A program made the position numbers and the translations under genes. 64,000 nt of DNA from Glaucostegus cemiculus (taxonomy: Eukaryota): positions 21,390,001 through 21,454,000 of the forward strand of contig CDPCPM010000007.1 of NCBI GenBank assembly GCA_976551045.1, read 5' to 3'. The notes beneath the pieces are model-generated. The model had not been told where the DNA came from. It did no database searches and was given only the letters and a program-made list of their open reading frames with translations. Shown here in pieces: positions 1-14,199 of this stretch. Position 1 is the first letter of the stretch; every line of letters starts with the position of its first letter.

Positions 1-380
1 AGGGGCGTCCTGATAAAAGTATATAAAATTATAAGAGGCACAGATAGGGTAGGTAGTCAGAGTCTTTTTCCCAGGGTGGAGATGTCAGGTACTGGAGCGC
101 ATAGATTTAAGATGAGAGAGGGTAAGGTTAATGGATATTTTTTGAGGCAAGTCTTTTACACAGAGAGTATGGGTGCCTGGAACTTGTTGCCGGGGAGGTG
201 GTGGAAGCAGATACTATAGCAACAGTTAGGAGGCATTTAGACAGGGACATGAACAGGCAGGGGATGAAGGGACACAAACCATGTGCAGGCAGTTAGGATT
301 AGTTTGGACTGGCATCAATGTCAGCAGAGACACCATTAGCTGAAGGGCCTGTTCCTGTGCTGTGCTGTTCAATGTTCTAT
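1..380 (+). mobile_element. CR1-type LINE 3' fragment
   Basis: Decayed ORF2 C-terminus (gtatataaaattataagaggcacagatagggtag...) and typical tail gaagggcctgttcctgtgctgtgctgttcaatgttctat. Confidence 0.8.
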
Positions 381-1649
381 CAGTCCTAGCTCCATAACAC
401 TGATCCTCCCCCTTCTCCCAAACCTTCCTCTTTTGTTTTATCTTGGGCCTCCCGTGCAGCAGAATTTTCCATGGGGGGAGGCGCGGTGGTTCTCTGAAAA
501 AAAGATTTGTTGTCTATGACAAACTGACTCCTTAATATGGCTTTAAACCAATGACCAGTTCCTAAACATTTGTGCCCACCTTATTTTTTTATGCTTTAAT
601 TGCACCATTTCAGCTGGGGAACTGCTGTCATGCTTTAGTTTCACATCATTCAGCTGCCCAGCTAAGAAGAAGTGTTATGTTCTCACCAACACTGCTTCCC
701 AAATATGCTTTATTGATTTACGCCTACAAATATCCATAGGTCTCTAATTTGTTTTCACCAGACGATGATACATTGAGAGGGAAGTCTATCTTTGGTAACT
801 GCTTTGTAACCTCTGCATGAGTATTGGACATCAGCTGTTCTTATTACCAAATATTCAGATTCATGGAGAGGAATGGAGAAATATACACAGTTAGCGCCAA
901 TACTTGTGCATACTTTTAGTGGCAGCAACCAAAGATAGCTTTCTCCCCTTTAGTGTTCACTTCCCATTTGCAATGCCATGGGAGTTTGAAGTTGATTTTT
1001 AACAAATACTTAAAAATTTATCTTTAAAATCTAGTCGTGATCTGCTTCAACATGGCTGCAGTGGCCCCTTGTGTATATATGTTGTCCTTGCCTGTGGCAT
1101 CTGTTTCTAACAACATACTGGCCAGCAGAAATAGATCATTCAAGATTTACTGTAACGCCATGCCTCAAAATTTTGAGCAGCTCCAACAGATGTCCCCTTG
1201 CACTATTTTTCTTTTCCTATTGAATTACCAATCATTTGAAAATGATTCTCCAGTGAATTAATTGGATAGCACCATGAGTGAACCACATAGATCAGGCCTT
1301 TGTCCCCAGAGTCTGAGTTGCCTTATCACAGCCACAGTGGCAGTTGGAGTGCTAAAATTGTTTGCAAAGCCTTCTGCCTAAGGTTAGAAAAAGATCAACC
1401 TTGGACCTTATTCTTGATAACTAACCATGTGTATGGGTTTTGGGCAAAGATAGGATGGGATTTGGCCGTGCTCTCCACAGTGGTAAAGTTGCAGGATGGC
1501 ACTTACTGCCAAGACCAATTTATGAAGGATATGGATGGTGCCAGGAGCCTGAAGAGCTATTTCCCATCAAGAATTAATGTCTTTGGGAGATGAAATAACA
1601 AAATGAAAAGAGAAACCTCATGTGTTTTAACAATTTGTTTGTTGCCTAG

Positions 1650-2465
1650 AAAACAGAATTCTGTATTCAACACATGCAAACCCTGAAATGGACCTACCAG
1701 AGAAAGATACCAACAATAATAGTGATGATTTCAACAGCTATCAGGAGCTGGTGGCTAAATCACTTCAAGATCTGGGAAAAATAGCAGAAGATGCAGGAAT
1801 ACAGAGATGTATTGAAAACAATTTAAATGACAGTGGGGTACAGTCTTTGGAGGGAGAAAGTGACGGAGATGAAAGAAATGCATCTGAAATCTTAACTAAA
1901 GATAAGGCAACTGTATGTGAGAAAGAAATAGTACCACACTATTCCAATGCAGAAAATACTCAAATTCCTTCTGAGAATATTTACATTAACTGTGACCAGC
2001 CCCAAGATTTATCTAAACCATCCAACAAGAATGAATTCAAGCCCCTCGCAGGCCAGGTGTATAACCTGGGCTGTAAACCTAAAGACATTTTAAAAGCAAA
2101 AGGGAAGGAAACTGAGATAACAGAAATTGTCTCACAGGAGTCAGCCTACCAGAGCAGAGTGAACAACATTGGTGAAGCACCAAATTCACAGCCTGGCCTT
2201 CCTGTAAGTGATATGCGGTCTCCAATGACTGATGATGACTGTACTTCTCAGCTGTCCACAACCACAGAGGACTCAGAAGACTTTAACGCTGCAAAGGGGA
2301 ACCTAACTCTCTTAGAACAGGCTATAGCTCTGCAGGCAGAGCAGGGGTACATCATAAAGGGAACACACAAGGAAAATGAAAGGATCTTACTGGAGAAGTT
2401 AACAGCAGGAAGACAACTTTGCAAGACTATTGACATTGGCTTCCGGAAGAGTTTCTCCAACAGAG
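1650..2465 (+). CDS. ST18: ST18 large acidic exon (first in window; phase 1/1)
   Basis: Acceptor gttgcctag|AA at 1649/1650, donor AGAG|gtaaag at 2465/2466. Encodes YQELVAKSLQDLGKIAEDA ... KGNLTLLEQAIALQAEQG. The 5' edge is slightly uncertain (alternative AG at 1655-1656). Confidence 0.88.
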
Positions 2466-5400
2466 GTAAAGTGCCTTTTTTATCATTCCAGGGACAATTT
2501 TCACATTGCTCTTTAAAATTACTTCTCTTTTTAGGCTGTTCCCCATTCATACTGTTATTTTCCACTGACATGGCCATGACCTGGATGTGACTGAGACTGA
2601 GAGAACTTCTGCTCTGTACTTTGCTCTCAGAAATGACAGCATTTCAGCACCACGTAGCGCTCCACTTACTAGCATGTAGTTGATGAAAATTACTCAGTCA
2701 GGGCAGATGGATTTTAGTGCCAGACATGACCACGGTTCAAGTCCGCAGTTCAGAAATTGAATGCACCACTTATTGCAAGTGCTGTCAGGCAGGTGGCGGG
2801 GAAAGTGAATTTCTGCTGCAGTTCTCCCAATTGTCCATCATCATTTCAGTGAAAGGACCAAAGATACACTGACCATATGCTATTTTCTTTGGTTTTCCAC
2901 AGCTCCTCTGCCAGGGTTGCACTGAACAATTGGGAAAACCCCTGCAGGTTTTTCAGCCATTTGAACTTCTGTACATATTTAAAACCTCCTTGTCAACAGA
3001 TGTAACTAGCTTCATCAGAGGAGATGAAAATTCTGGTGCATTACTCATTCTTTTCAGGCATTTCCTTCATTTCTCACAAGGAAGATGTCAGCTTGAGCGA
3101 GGTATGGAACTTACAGCACAGAAGAAGGCCATCTAACCCAAAGCTGTGCTGATGCTTCAGCTGCAAACAAGCCCCCTCTCCCCCATCTCATTTCATTCTA
3201 ACAGCAGAAATTTCAATTCCTCTCTCCCTCACTTACCTTTCTGTTTTAATGGTGAATGCGTCCACAGCAGGGTTTGAATTAGAAATCTTGGAATGTTGAC
3301 GGAATCTGCATTCTTACCCAATTCGCTGAGTCTAAATTAGTGATTTAATGTTCAGGGCCTAATTGTTTAAAAGCCCTAAGTAACGCTGAATTAGATTAAT
3401 GAATGGAAATGTAAAGTATGGAAACCTGGAGTTTATATGGGAGACTGTTTATCCACAAACCAGCCAATGAGGGTATATTCCAGAGAAATGGAAAATCATT
3501 GCCAGTATGTGTGAGCCATCCAGGCAGCTTGTCTTTCTTGATAGCACGATTCAATTAACAACAAAAGGAGCCACAACAACAAAAGAGCTGGGTCTTAGGC
3601 AGCAAGCATTTACATATATGGAGGGTGAAAGACTGGAGTCTGGTCAAGAGGATATTGGGAGTAGCTGAGCTGGGAGATGACTAAAGCAAGATAAAGGTTC
3701 CAAGAGTGGAAGAGCAGAGTTGTGGGTGGAGTCCTATGATGTCACAGAAGTGGAAAAAGAGAATCATAGTTGTGGCAACTATAAATGGTCAGAACTTCAT
3801 CTGAAGGCTCAAATATGGTTGCAAACAGTTTGGTTCACCCTTGATGGTGAGTGATGGAGTCAGTGGGTAGGGAGGAGATTTTCTGAAGACATTAGCCCTG
3901 AATATCTTCAGACGAGTTTGAACCTAAATATACTTAGCTTGTGTGAATGGTTCTGTGGGAACCATCAATGACATCCCCCTTACAATTAACTGCTATCTGA
4001 CCCATGCCTGAATGGTGTTGCTGACCTCAAATGAAGAGATAACTGTAAATAAATAGTGTTTATTTTTGCTTATATTACTTAATCTTCATTTGTATTTAAT
4101 TTTTAGTATTTTAAAAAGTTTTATTGTTTTTTTAATTGTCTTATTTCATTATTCAAACCTACTTGTATTCTTTCTAAATGTGTGTAATTATCAGAGACAT
4201 TTAAAGACAATTCAAAAGTCTTTGACAGAAACAAGCTAAAAGACAATCAGGCCTTCTGGAAGTGGCGGCCTGAGGTAGTGTTGCCATGGGGCAACTGTGG
4301 AAATACATCAGTCTCATCACAAAACAAAATAGGAAAATCATGCAGGAGTCACAATGAATGTCCCTGAACTGTGAATATCCAGTGGTCCATCCCTTGCTAG
4401 TAGGCCAGGAACATCTACCCTTATAGTTGTTCATGCAGGTAAAGGATTGAATTCTGAACTTTACACAAATCATGTTTGCACTTAGGAGTGACAAGGAACT
4501 GAATGCTAGCTTTGTCTTACAACAAAAGAAATTATTTCTTCTATTTCATTTTACGAGGGCCAAGAAACCCGGTCTGCAAATTTGTTTTCTGCCATTTATT
4601 AATGTAACTTCAGAAGCTACATTGGAACACATGGAACTAAATCTACGCTAAAAACCACAATATTTGAGGAAAAATGTGGATTCAAACCAGCGGTCTACCA
4701 TTCTGTGACAATGTGTATAAAACATTGTGTGCCATTGTATTAACATCAGACAGCAGCCTAAAGCTTACCTAACAACTGCAGTGTCCCCCAAGGAAGGTTT
4801 GCATTTCACGAAGTCTACAGAAGGTATATGCGACTCTAGAGTAAATCCCAGTTAGAAGTAAGACCACTTTGCCTGGCTTTGCAACAGTTTTGTAAACATA
4901 GCCTTTATGCTTCTAATGAACTAAGTTGTTATTCAGCATATTTTTATAAGAACTTATGTTTTCCTTTTTTGTTATAATTCCTTTGTGCATCATTTATGAA
5001 TGAGTTAAATACAATACAAATATGTTGCATGCATGCTTAACTCATCCTGGTAATTACTCCACATAAAAGTAAGCAAGTAACTGTGGAATGGTCAAGAAGG
5101 GTGGAAAATTATTGAATTGCAATTGCTGTTTTTTAGAGGTGAAGTTTAAGATTATAGATTATGAGATATTTTAGATACAATGGGTTAACACATAGACTCA
5201 CCACACAAGCTGCTAGGTTAAAGCTTCTGTTGGGTTGCACCAATATAATCTCATGCCTGCAGTAGATTTAATCACCATGTGAATTTCTGCTAATTATATT
5301 TTTTTGCTATGCTTTAAAAAGCCTTGTAAAAATTAACCTACATTAGGCACAAGGACATTAATATACACCCTTTAAAAGCACTTTTGCTTGAAATTTATGA

Positions 5401-5903
5401 AGAAATTGACTAGTATATCAATTAAACTGGTAAATAGTTCTGACACAATTAAGTTATTTAAAAAAATGAAGATTATATAGCTTCACTTTAAATATTGCAA
5501 AATATTTTTTGTGATAACTGAATTTTCAGCTGCATCAGATTGCCATGTGTAAATACATCAAAGAGCTTTTTTTATTGCAAAAAAGAAAATACTATCTTGA
5601 AACACCATATGTCTTTGCTTGGTTCACGATAATCTTGGTTTGTGATTTTGGAAATAAGTTGAAATGGTAAGTGGAAAATGAACACAATCTTCAAGTGTAA
5701 ATTGTGCTCAGAATCCTGGTTCAGGTGCAACACTCCCAAAGCTTACTTCAGGAATATTCACTTTATTCTTGTGCCTATATGATTTTAAGTTGGATATTAA
5801 TAATAACACCAGCTTAATGTTGATGACTGCTTTTACGAGAAACTAGAGATCACATGGCTGTATTTGAGTTATCTTGCTGCTAATGTTCTGCTGATCTTTA
5901 CAG

Positions 5904-6038
5904 ATTCTATTAGATCTGACAAAAAAGAATCTAAGTGTCCAACTCCAGGGTGTGATGGCAGTGGTCACATCACAGGACTGTATCCACACCACCGCAGCTT
6001 CTCGGGATGTCCACACAAAATGAGGGTGCCCCCGGACA
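5904..6038 (+). CDS. ST18: ST18 exon, CCHHC zinc finger 1
   Basis: tttacag|AT ... GACA|gtgagt; (D)[44 protein letters not shown]. Confidence 0.95.
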
Positions 6039-7344
6039 GTGAGTAGTCAACAGTGATCCACTCTTTCCTTAACCCAACCTTTGCATGCACATACTGTCTA
6101 TAATTCTAAAGCTCCTACAGGATATTACAAACATTTGAAATGTCTGTAGTTATAAAAAAAAAGTGTATGCGCAATATTTAGATTCAAAGAATAAAACAAT
6201 CTGGATCTGAGACCTGGCTGCACTTCAGTTGAACATATGGGGTTTAAACAGACCAAATGTTCTGCTTGGCAAATCCAGTGTATTGATTTGATTATAGCTC
6301 ATAGCTCCACCCTGTTACTTAATGATTCCAAGGTCGGCACATGGTAGAAGTGAAAAGAGGACACTTGATCTTACCTGCTTGCTCCAAGCACAGTGACAGT
6401 TCATTTCATGGGCTCATTGGACATTGTGATCTAATTTCCTACATATCTTTTTATTATTGTTTGAAATAAGGTTATTGTGAAACAGGAGAATTTGCCATAG
6501 ATTAAATTTAAGCCATGCTAACTGTTTATATATTTTTATAATAAAGAACAAAGTTTATATCAAATACTTCTGCTGTACAATATGGTCAACAATGATCATT
6601 ATATAATCACAACAGCAGCAACAATATGCGAGAGTCTGTTTCATTGAATTGGCAAAGGAAGTAGAAGTACTTGCAGGCAATGCAAAGTTCGATTTAAACT
6701 AATCTACCCATCTATCTTTGTAATCTTACTCCTATTGGAATCTCTCTGGGATCTTCTACTCCTCAGTCCCAAAAGAATGGCTGAGAACACACCAAACTTG
6801 CAGATGGCTTGTACTTGCATCTGAAAGAGCAATAAAAGTTTTATCATAGAAAATTAAGGTATTAAAGTTTATAGGAATGCGAGGCGTTTCATCCTCTCTG
6901 GGCTCTCTAATCAAATGGTTCCCAGATAAGAAGGCTTTAGGAGCAGCAAAGCAAATTGGCATTTTCCTCAGGGTCTAACAAGGTACTGACCAGGGCTTCT
7001 TTATAAGCACTGATCAAGATTGCTCCATCTTCATCTCTCACTGCACTTTTCATTCAGCATCCACTGGCATTAATTAATTTTATTAATCTTCCAATTTTTT
7101 CACCTAAACCTAGACCAGAACCTTGGACATTATCAGTGAGTCAACACTCCTTTTTGCATTTCTCATCAGAACATTCATTCACCTGCAAACAAGATCCTTT
7201 ATTCTCATACTGGGTGATTATTTTACTATCCAGACTTTGCCTTAAACTGGACATATGCCTGTCTCTCATTAACACCTCTCTACCTCAATTTTCATTGCCC
7301 TGACAAATTCAGCATGGGAGTGGTGTGGCCCCATTCACCAAATA

Positions 7345-7752
7345 AACCATAGGACCATAGAACAATACAGCACAATACGGGCCCTTTGGCCCACCATGTT
7401 GTGCTGACCTTCAAACCACACTTAAGACCATATAACCCCTTCCTCCCACATATCCCTCTATCTTAAATTCCTCCATATGCTTATCTAACAATCGCTTGAA
7501 CTTGACTAACGTATCAGCCTCCAACACACCCCAGGTAGTGCATTCCATGCACCAACCACTATCTGGGTGAAAAACCTCCCTCTGACGTCTCCCTTGAACT
7601 TCCCACCCATTACCTTAAAGCCATGCCCTCTTGTATTGAGCATTGGTGCCCTGGGAAAGAGGCGCTGGCTGTCCACTCTATCTATCTCTCTTAATATTTT
7701 GTATACCTCTATCATGTCTCCCCTTATCGTCCTTCTCTCCAATGAGTAACAG
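7345..7752 (-). mobile_element. CR1-type LINE 3' fragment
   Basis: Minus ORF RGDMIEVYKILREIDRVDSQRLFPRAPMLNTRGHGFKV...FFTQIVVGAWNALP plus ccatag/aacaatacagcaca tail. Confidence 0.88.
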
Positions 7753-8639
7753 GTAAGTCTTCCACCCCCCCCCCACTTTTACTTCTAGCATCTTCCTTTG
7801 TTCCACCTTTCTTGCTTCTCCTTTAACATTAAACCATTTCCATAAGCCACTAAATCAAAGTCCAATTTTGTCAATCCACCCCCTTCCCCTGTCTCTAGGC
7901 TCTCTTCATCCTCAGTAATTTCAATCTTCATTTCACATGCCCATTGAATTTGTCCTCTGTCCCTTTCAACTTCATGATCATTTTCATGCACTTAAATGCT
8001 TTCTCTACTCCTGTGGTCTTCTTAATAACTAAGACTATTTCTGATCATCTCCCTGTATCCTTCACCAGCCCATCTCCTTCCAACCCATTCTTCCTGTTGT
8101 ATCCAATCCAAAAATAAAGTTTCAACCGTTCACTGACAGATGCGTTTTTCAAAGGGACAAATTCCAGAAATCTTCTGCACTCATTAGCCTGCACAATTAA
8201 TGTGGTACTTTCACCTGTAATGCTCTTCTCCATATCAAGACTTTATTCTTTGCAGTCTTGATTATAGTCACCAGCATGGTCCCCACCTGCATTCCCTCAA
8301 CCAGAAAGAGCAAGTTTGAGGTATAGGATTGGCCATCTGCCACCAGAACTGGCAGTCCCTCATAAAGCACCATCAGGCTTTCTCTCCTTTACCAAAGCAT
8401 CCAATGCTTAAGCGTAATCCATGAGAATAATGTTAATTCTACTACTACCTTTAATTCTTCTCCCCTGCTTCTTTCACATCAGCAATGAGTGAGGAGCTCA
8501 TGCAATTTCATATTATTAGAACTGAAGTCATTCAGGCAGCTACTTTTGCCTATGTTCCATCCCTCTTTGCTCTTTGAACCATATCTCCCTGAAGTGCCTT
8601 CATTATCCAGGCCAAAGACTGAGCCTCTTTTTTCTTAGA

Positions 8640-8905
8640 TATCCCCTCTCCTCCCACCTGCACTGAAGTACCCCGTTATTTACTGATTGCCAACCTGAAA
8701 GTGATCCATTTATCCTGATTCCCTGTTGTTGTGAGCTGACAATTCCTCTATCCTGTTGTATATCATCCCCAACCTCATGCCCTCTTATCTTGCAATAAAG
8801 TGCCACCTTTCATGTGGCACTTTATTGAATACCTTCCGAAAATCCAAATATACTTTTTCTACTAGTTCATGTTATACTCCTGTTCATGGCATTTTCAAAC
8901 AACTC
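8640..8905 (-). mobile_element. CR1 reverse-transcriptase fragment
   Basis: Minus translation QQQGIRINGSLSGWQSVNNGVLQ resembles the RT QRVVINGSFSGWQ.V.SGVPQ motif. Confidence 0.65.
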
Positions 8906-9107
8906 AAGCAAATTTATCACATTTAGCACAAAAACAAGGATTTTGAAAACAGGAGGTAGCAAATTAAGTAATGTCTTCTTATGAAATTACAGTAATAGCA
9001 AAAGTTGGCAGCTCGAGTGGAAATAATGACTTCTTACATTTACCTACGCTTATAAATTCAATACATTTATGTAAGCTTTTTGTTCATATAATTAATATGC
9101 AAACATG

Positions 9108-9237
9108 NNNNNNNNNNNNNNNNNNNNNNNNNNNNNNNNNNNNNNNNNNNNNNNNNNNNNNNNNNNNNNNNNNNNNNNNNNNNNNNNNNNNNNNNNNNNN
9201 NNNNNNNNNNNNNNNNNNNNNNNNNNNNNNNNNNNNN
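9108..9237. other. Assembly gap (130 N)
   Basis: Run of N bases. Confidence 1.
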
Positions 9238-9271
9238 AAAGGTGAATTTATTTATTCAATTTCAGAAATGA

Positions 9272-9391
<120 letters not shown>

Positions 9392-11074
9392 TAGGTTGCT
9401 TTACTTGTACTTCACAGTGAGAGTGTTAGGCAATCAAGAATTTGGCTAAGTTAATGGGTTTGACTATTTCTTTCATTTCAGAGTTCAATCCACCTGAGTA
9501 AAATAGGATTAAAAGCTGTATTGTTTTTGACTAAGAGCATAAGTGATTTAGGCACTCATGGTCCTACTAATAGCACAAAATTCTGCTCAGTATCATTTCA
9601 ACTGCTTCCTTCTATTTCAGATTCCAGAAAAGGTTGTGAATATAAGTGATAAAAGGAAAAATCATAGTGAAAGATTGGTGTAGCTTTTGTGATAATACAT
9701 CTTAGATAAGTGGTGAGTGCTGGAGGAGGACAGTTGGCCTCTGAAACCTGAATCTCCATTTTTATAAGACCATGCTGACTTTCTACATCATCCACTTTGC
9801 AACCGACTCCTCCATCAATTGATTTCCTCTGTGTTAATAAATTAGTTGATCTGATACACAACAGCTGAACATCCAATGCCGTATATATGAAGAAATACAA
9901 TCACAATCCTAAATGACTGACTCCATACTCAGAGACTGACACCTCCGGTTCCAGACTCCTCAGCCTGTTAAGAACGTAATATGTTTAAATGATATCACCA
10001 TTCATTCTTCGAAACCTCAGTGAATATAGGCTGATTTCAATCTAAATTCATAGGATTATGCTTTCATCCAGGGATCACAGCAACAAACCTTCTTAAGCTT
10101 AGGTTAGCTGTCAGGGGAATACAGGGGTGATTAGTAACATATCAAAGCAACCATCTTGAGAACATGGGTAAATGGTAATCTTTTGCAAAATCTAAATACT
10201 TCCTGTTCCTTTAAGCACCATATTATAAAATTAAGTGCATAGGGAGGTAATGAAGTTACTTGAGACAAGCCTAACCACTTTTGCAAGTCATCAAGAACCT
10301 TTGGGAATAACCATAGGTCTTTTCAGCATGATTCTGAGGGATGGCAGAAAGACAAATGTTAAGTCATACCACGCGCTAAAATGACAATAGCAGGATATTT
10401 CTTTGGGCAATTTCCAAATTGGCCTACTATACTATAAGATGAAAGTTGTCAGAATCACAGGTTACTTAATGTATCCAGATACCTAGTCAGATGACATTAC
10501 CTGTATTTCCACCAATGTATTTGTTAAAGTTGTCTTGGCCAGTTAGGAGAATCCCTGAAGAATTAACTGTGAGTCCTACTCCCGTGAATAATGGTGCATC
10601 TACAAAACTAAATGATTAGATGCTGCCTGAAAGTTGATTGAACTTTGGTCCAGATATATTGCAGTGTGGAATTGTTCTAAGAAATGATATAGAGTGTAAC
10701 AATTTTTGCAGCCACCTAAAGGAAGATATGGAATAGGACAAATATGCAATTTGTCTGTCAATTTATTCCTTTCTTCTTGGCCTTCCACACTTAAATCTCC
10801 TGCCCTTTTCAGTTATAGGAAACACAGTCAATGAGTTGAAATCCAGTTTAAAGCTTTCCCAGAGCTTCTTGAATGGTAATACCTATGTCTCTGTGCACTT
10901 TAATTCTTTAAACTTGGCTTTATACTTAAAGCTATCTTATACTTGGACGTATGATTAATTGTGCAAATGAGTTGAGATCTGAAAATTAAATGTTATTATT
11001 ATTTGAGAATCAGACAACTTTGAAAACAATAGAAAGCAAATCAGTTAATAATACTGATCAAGATATTTTTGATT

Positions 11075-12030
11075 TATAGAATGATAGCAGCACAGAAAGA
11101 GGTTTTCTATTCATCCTGTCAATGCCCGTTCTCTGCCAGAGCAACTGATTATTTCCAGCCCACAGTCCCTCTCCTTAGCCTTGCAATTTTTTCCTCTTCA
11201 TATGTCTATGCAATTCGCTCTTGAAGCCCCAATGGATCCTATGTCCACCACATCTGCAGGCAGTGCACTCTGGATTCTAAGCACATGCTCTATAAAAAGA
11301 AATATTTATTAACGCACTAATTTCACTGTTAATTCTCTTCTTTATTTTATACCTGTGACTTCTAGTCTTTGACCCCTTCACCACTAGGAATGACCTCTCA
11401 CTGTCCACTTGGTTGAGACTGCTCATTATATAATTTATTGGTATCCGATGTCACTCTGTTTTCTCTTCTCCAAAGAGAACAATCCCAGCCTCTCCAATCT
11501 TTCCTTTTGGCTGTAGTCCTTCATCCTGGAAGCCATTCTCGTAAATATCTCCATATCCTTTCCACTGCCTCCACAAAGAGGTGACCAGAATTGAACAACG
11601 AGTTGCCTGTTCTTTGACTCCTCCATGCTATTAATAAAGACTATAATTGTGTATGATTTATTAACCACTTTCTCAATCTCCCCTGCTACTTCGAATCACT
11701 TTTATACTTACACCTCCAGATGCAACTACTCCTGCCATCCTTTTAGTACAGAATTCCTTTATACTATATCACCTCTCCTCATTCTTCCTACCGAAATACA
11801 TCACCTCACACTTCTTTGCATTTGACTTTATCAACCTTGCATCTATCCACTCTACCGATCTATTTATAGACGTATGCAATTTATTGCAATGCTGTTCACA
11901 GTTCACAAAACTGGCAGGTTTTGTGTCAACTGTAAATTTAGAAATTGTGGCTTGAACCCCAATTACAGGTCATTCACCTAGATTTAAAGAAAGCAATAGC
12001 CTTACTGCCAATGCCTGCGGATCACCACTC
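11075..12030 (-). mobile_element. Degenerate CR1 LINE (RT C-terminus to 3' tail)
   Basis: Minus ORF VQFWSP...ERLERLGLFSLEKR; atagaatgatagcagcacagaaagagg tail. Confidence 0.7.
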
Positions 12031-12109
12031 ATCATCTTCAGTTTGAAAAGTACTCAGTAACCATGGCCCTCTGTTGCCTTTTAAAATATAAAATTATCCT
12101 GAGAAAGAT

Positions 12110-12310
12110 GGAAATATGTTGTTGTCCCTCCATTGTTACTGAGTCTAAAAATTGGAAATCCTTATCCAATAACACTGTGGAAGTTCCTTTAACACAAGGA
12201 TTATACCAGTACACTGCCAGCACCACACAACTTGTCAAGGGCAATTAAGGATAGGCAATAAATAATGGCCTCACCAGCAATTTCTACATCCCATCTATGA
12301 ATTATAAAAG
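12110..12310 (+). mobile_element. LINE 3'-end fragment (second non-LTR family)
   Basis: tggaaatccttatccaataacactgtgg...caagggcaattaaggataggcaataaataatggcc resembles a common chondrichthyan LINE tail (recalled). Confidence 0.5.
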
Positions 12311-14199
12311 GTTGACTATGCTGATCTGTTTAGCACCATTGTTCAGATGCTAAAGATATTTTCACATGCTTTTAGCATTTGTTCTTTAACAGTGGCACTT
12401 AGCTGTTCACCTGTAAATCCCACTTTTTATGCTGCTGTGAATCTCCTATCAGTGCCTCAGGCAAAGGATCCTACATTTTGTCCTTACTAGTGAATTTCTG
12501 GTGTAGGATAAGCTTATGTTTTATTAAATTTATGTCCAAAGAATTCTGATTCAAGACATTGAGCTTTTCAAAATGCAACACAGAGCATTCCCTTTGCCAA
12601 AATGCGAAGCCCATGGCCAAGCTGTGGGAAGAATTTGTGATAAAAAGGAGCAAATTGTAAAAGGACTGCAGCCTACATAAATGTGTTGTTCAGCACCCTG
12701 GAGAGGGAAGCAGATTCACAGTGGGCAAGCAACATTGGCAAGATCCCATACATGAGAACCTGGATTATGCAGTTGGTGATGAGTAACTATTGGATGCCTA
12801 CATCATCAATATAGTTAACACAATAAAAAAGGGTGTGTTCTCCATGCCAGGCGACAGAAACTGACTGTGTGCATGGATTTGTAGATGTGTTTGCAGATTC
12901 TGAAGCCTGACAATAGGAGTAAAATTAGCTCCACTAAATGTTTTGTTTGTCAAATGATATGCCCATTCATGCAACAATGCCAAACATTTCACACAATAGG
13001 TCATTTTAAAAACAAATATATCAACTACTTGACATTATAGATTCTTGATTTGTTGACCCAGCTGCCGAAGCAAATGCCACAAATAATGTGCCCTTTTTTC
13101 CATAACATTCCCTATCTGTACTTGAGAACAATATTAGGATATCTATAATACTTTAAGTAACCCCAAATCTTAAAATTACACATTTACACCTATGGATAAA
13201 CAGACAAAGGCAGGCAGCAGGTCCACTCAGCCTCACCCATACAATTTGTTGCTTTTTGCACTGAATTCGAGGAGAAAAACACAAGTGATCTGTTGGATGA
13301 GACAAAGAAGTAGATAAAAAACAATAGGCTTGATGTTAACTTTAAAATACAGTAGGATGTCTTATTGAGATGAGGCAATTAACCCCTAAAAACACAAAAT
13401 ACCCAATCTTATATATAATGTAATTTTCTCCCACATCCACCTTGTATATCTAACCACTGCTCATCAGAGCCTCTGAACCTCCCCTCTGATGGAGGGATTG
13501 TGAATTGCTGGTACAGTTCCTACTGATCCATTGATTAGCATATTATGTTGCCTAGGTTGAATACTCTAAGTAGACTACACACTATATCCCTGGTTTTGAG
13601 GTATCCTCCCAATCTTCTGCATAACTTTGGTAAAGAAGCAGCTCTGAAAGCCATTTCTATTGTTTCTTTGGGGTTTGCTGATCTCCAATCAAAGAACCTG
13701 TGTTGAAATTTTAGGCATATATCTTTATATGACAGGATGGAGACAAGGGTTCAACTTCAACAGAGTGTGGATTTACTAAGCTTTCATCCTCATTTTTTTT
13801 GTCACTGTTATAAAATCGAAAACAACAGTCAACCTAAGACCAAAGTTAGGTCATTTTTTTACATTGTGTGTTGAATTGTATAGATCCAGAATGGAAGAAT
13901 ACTGAAGGTGAATTACAAAAAAACGAGGGCAAATAAAGTCATCTTTGAGAGGCACACATATAAATAGGGAAAGTAAGAATTAATGTAGTACAAAACAGGC
14001 AAGTAAAATCAAGTTGGAAGCCATTAGATATGCTGTCTGTAGCATATTCACAGTGGAAAAAGGTAAGTTTAATAGATGCACTGAAAGGTCCAACTATTGT
14101 CTTTTGATCAACAGGCTTATGGAAAGAATTACTGCATTAGTAAAGAATCTGCAATAACTTGCAAAAAATAGATGCAAATGAGCAGTTAGTTGAGAATAA

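Noticed and set aside
1688-2590. 300-aa ORF as a stand-alone gene or truncated isoform with a hydrophobic tail
   Set aside because: Homology stops at the donor at 2465/2466 and the remainder is intron read-through. The ATG at 1688 is internal to an exon with an upstream acceptor, and no nearby poly(A) signal supports a short isoform.
9108-9237. Gap possibly hiding an exon
   Set aside because: The flanking exons join in frame as RVPPD-ILAMHENV, matching the family sequence with nothing missing.
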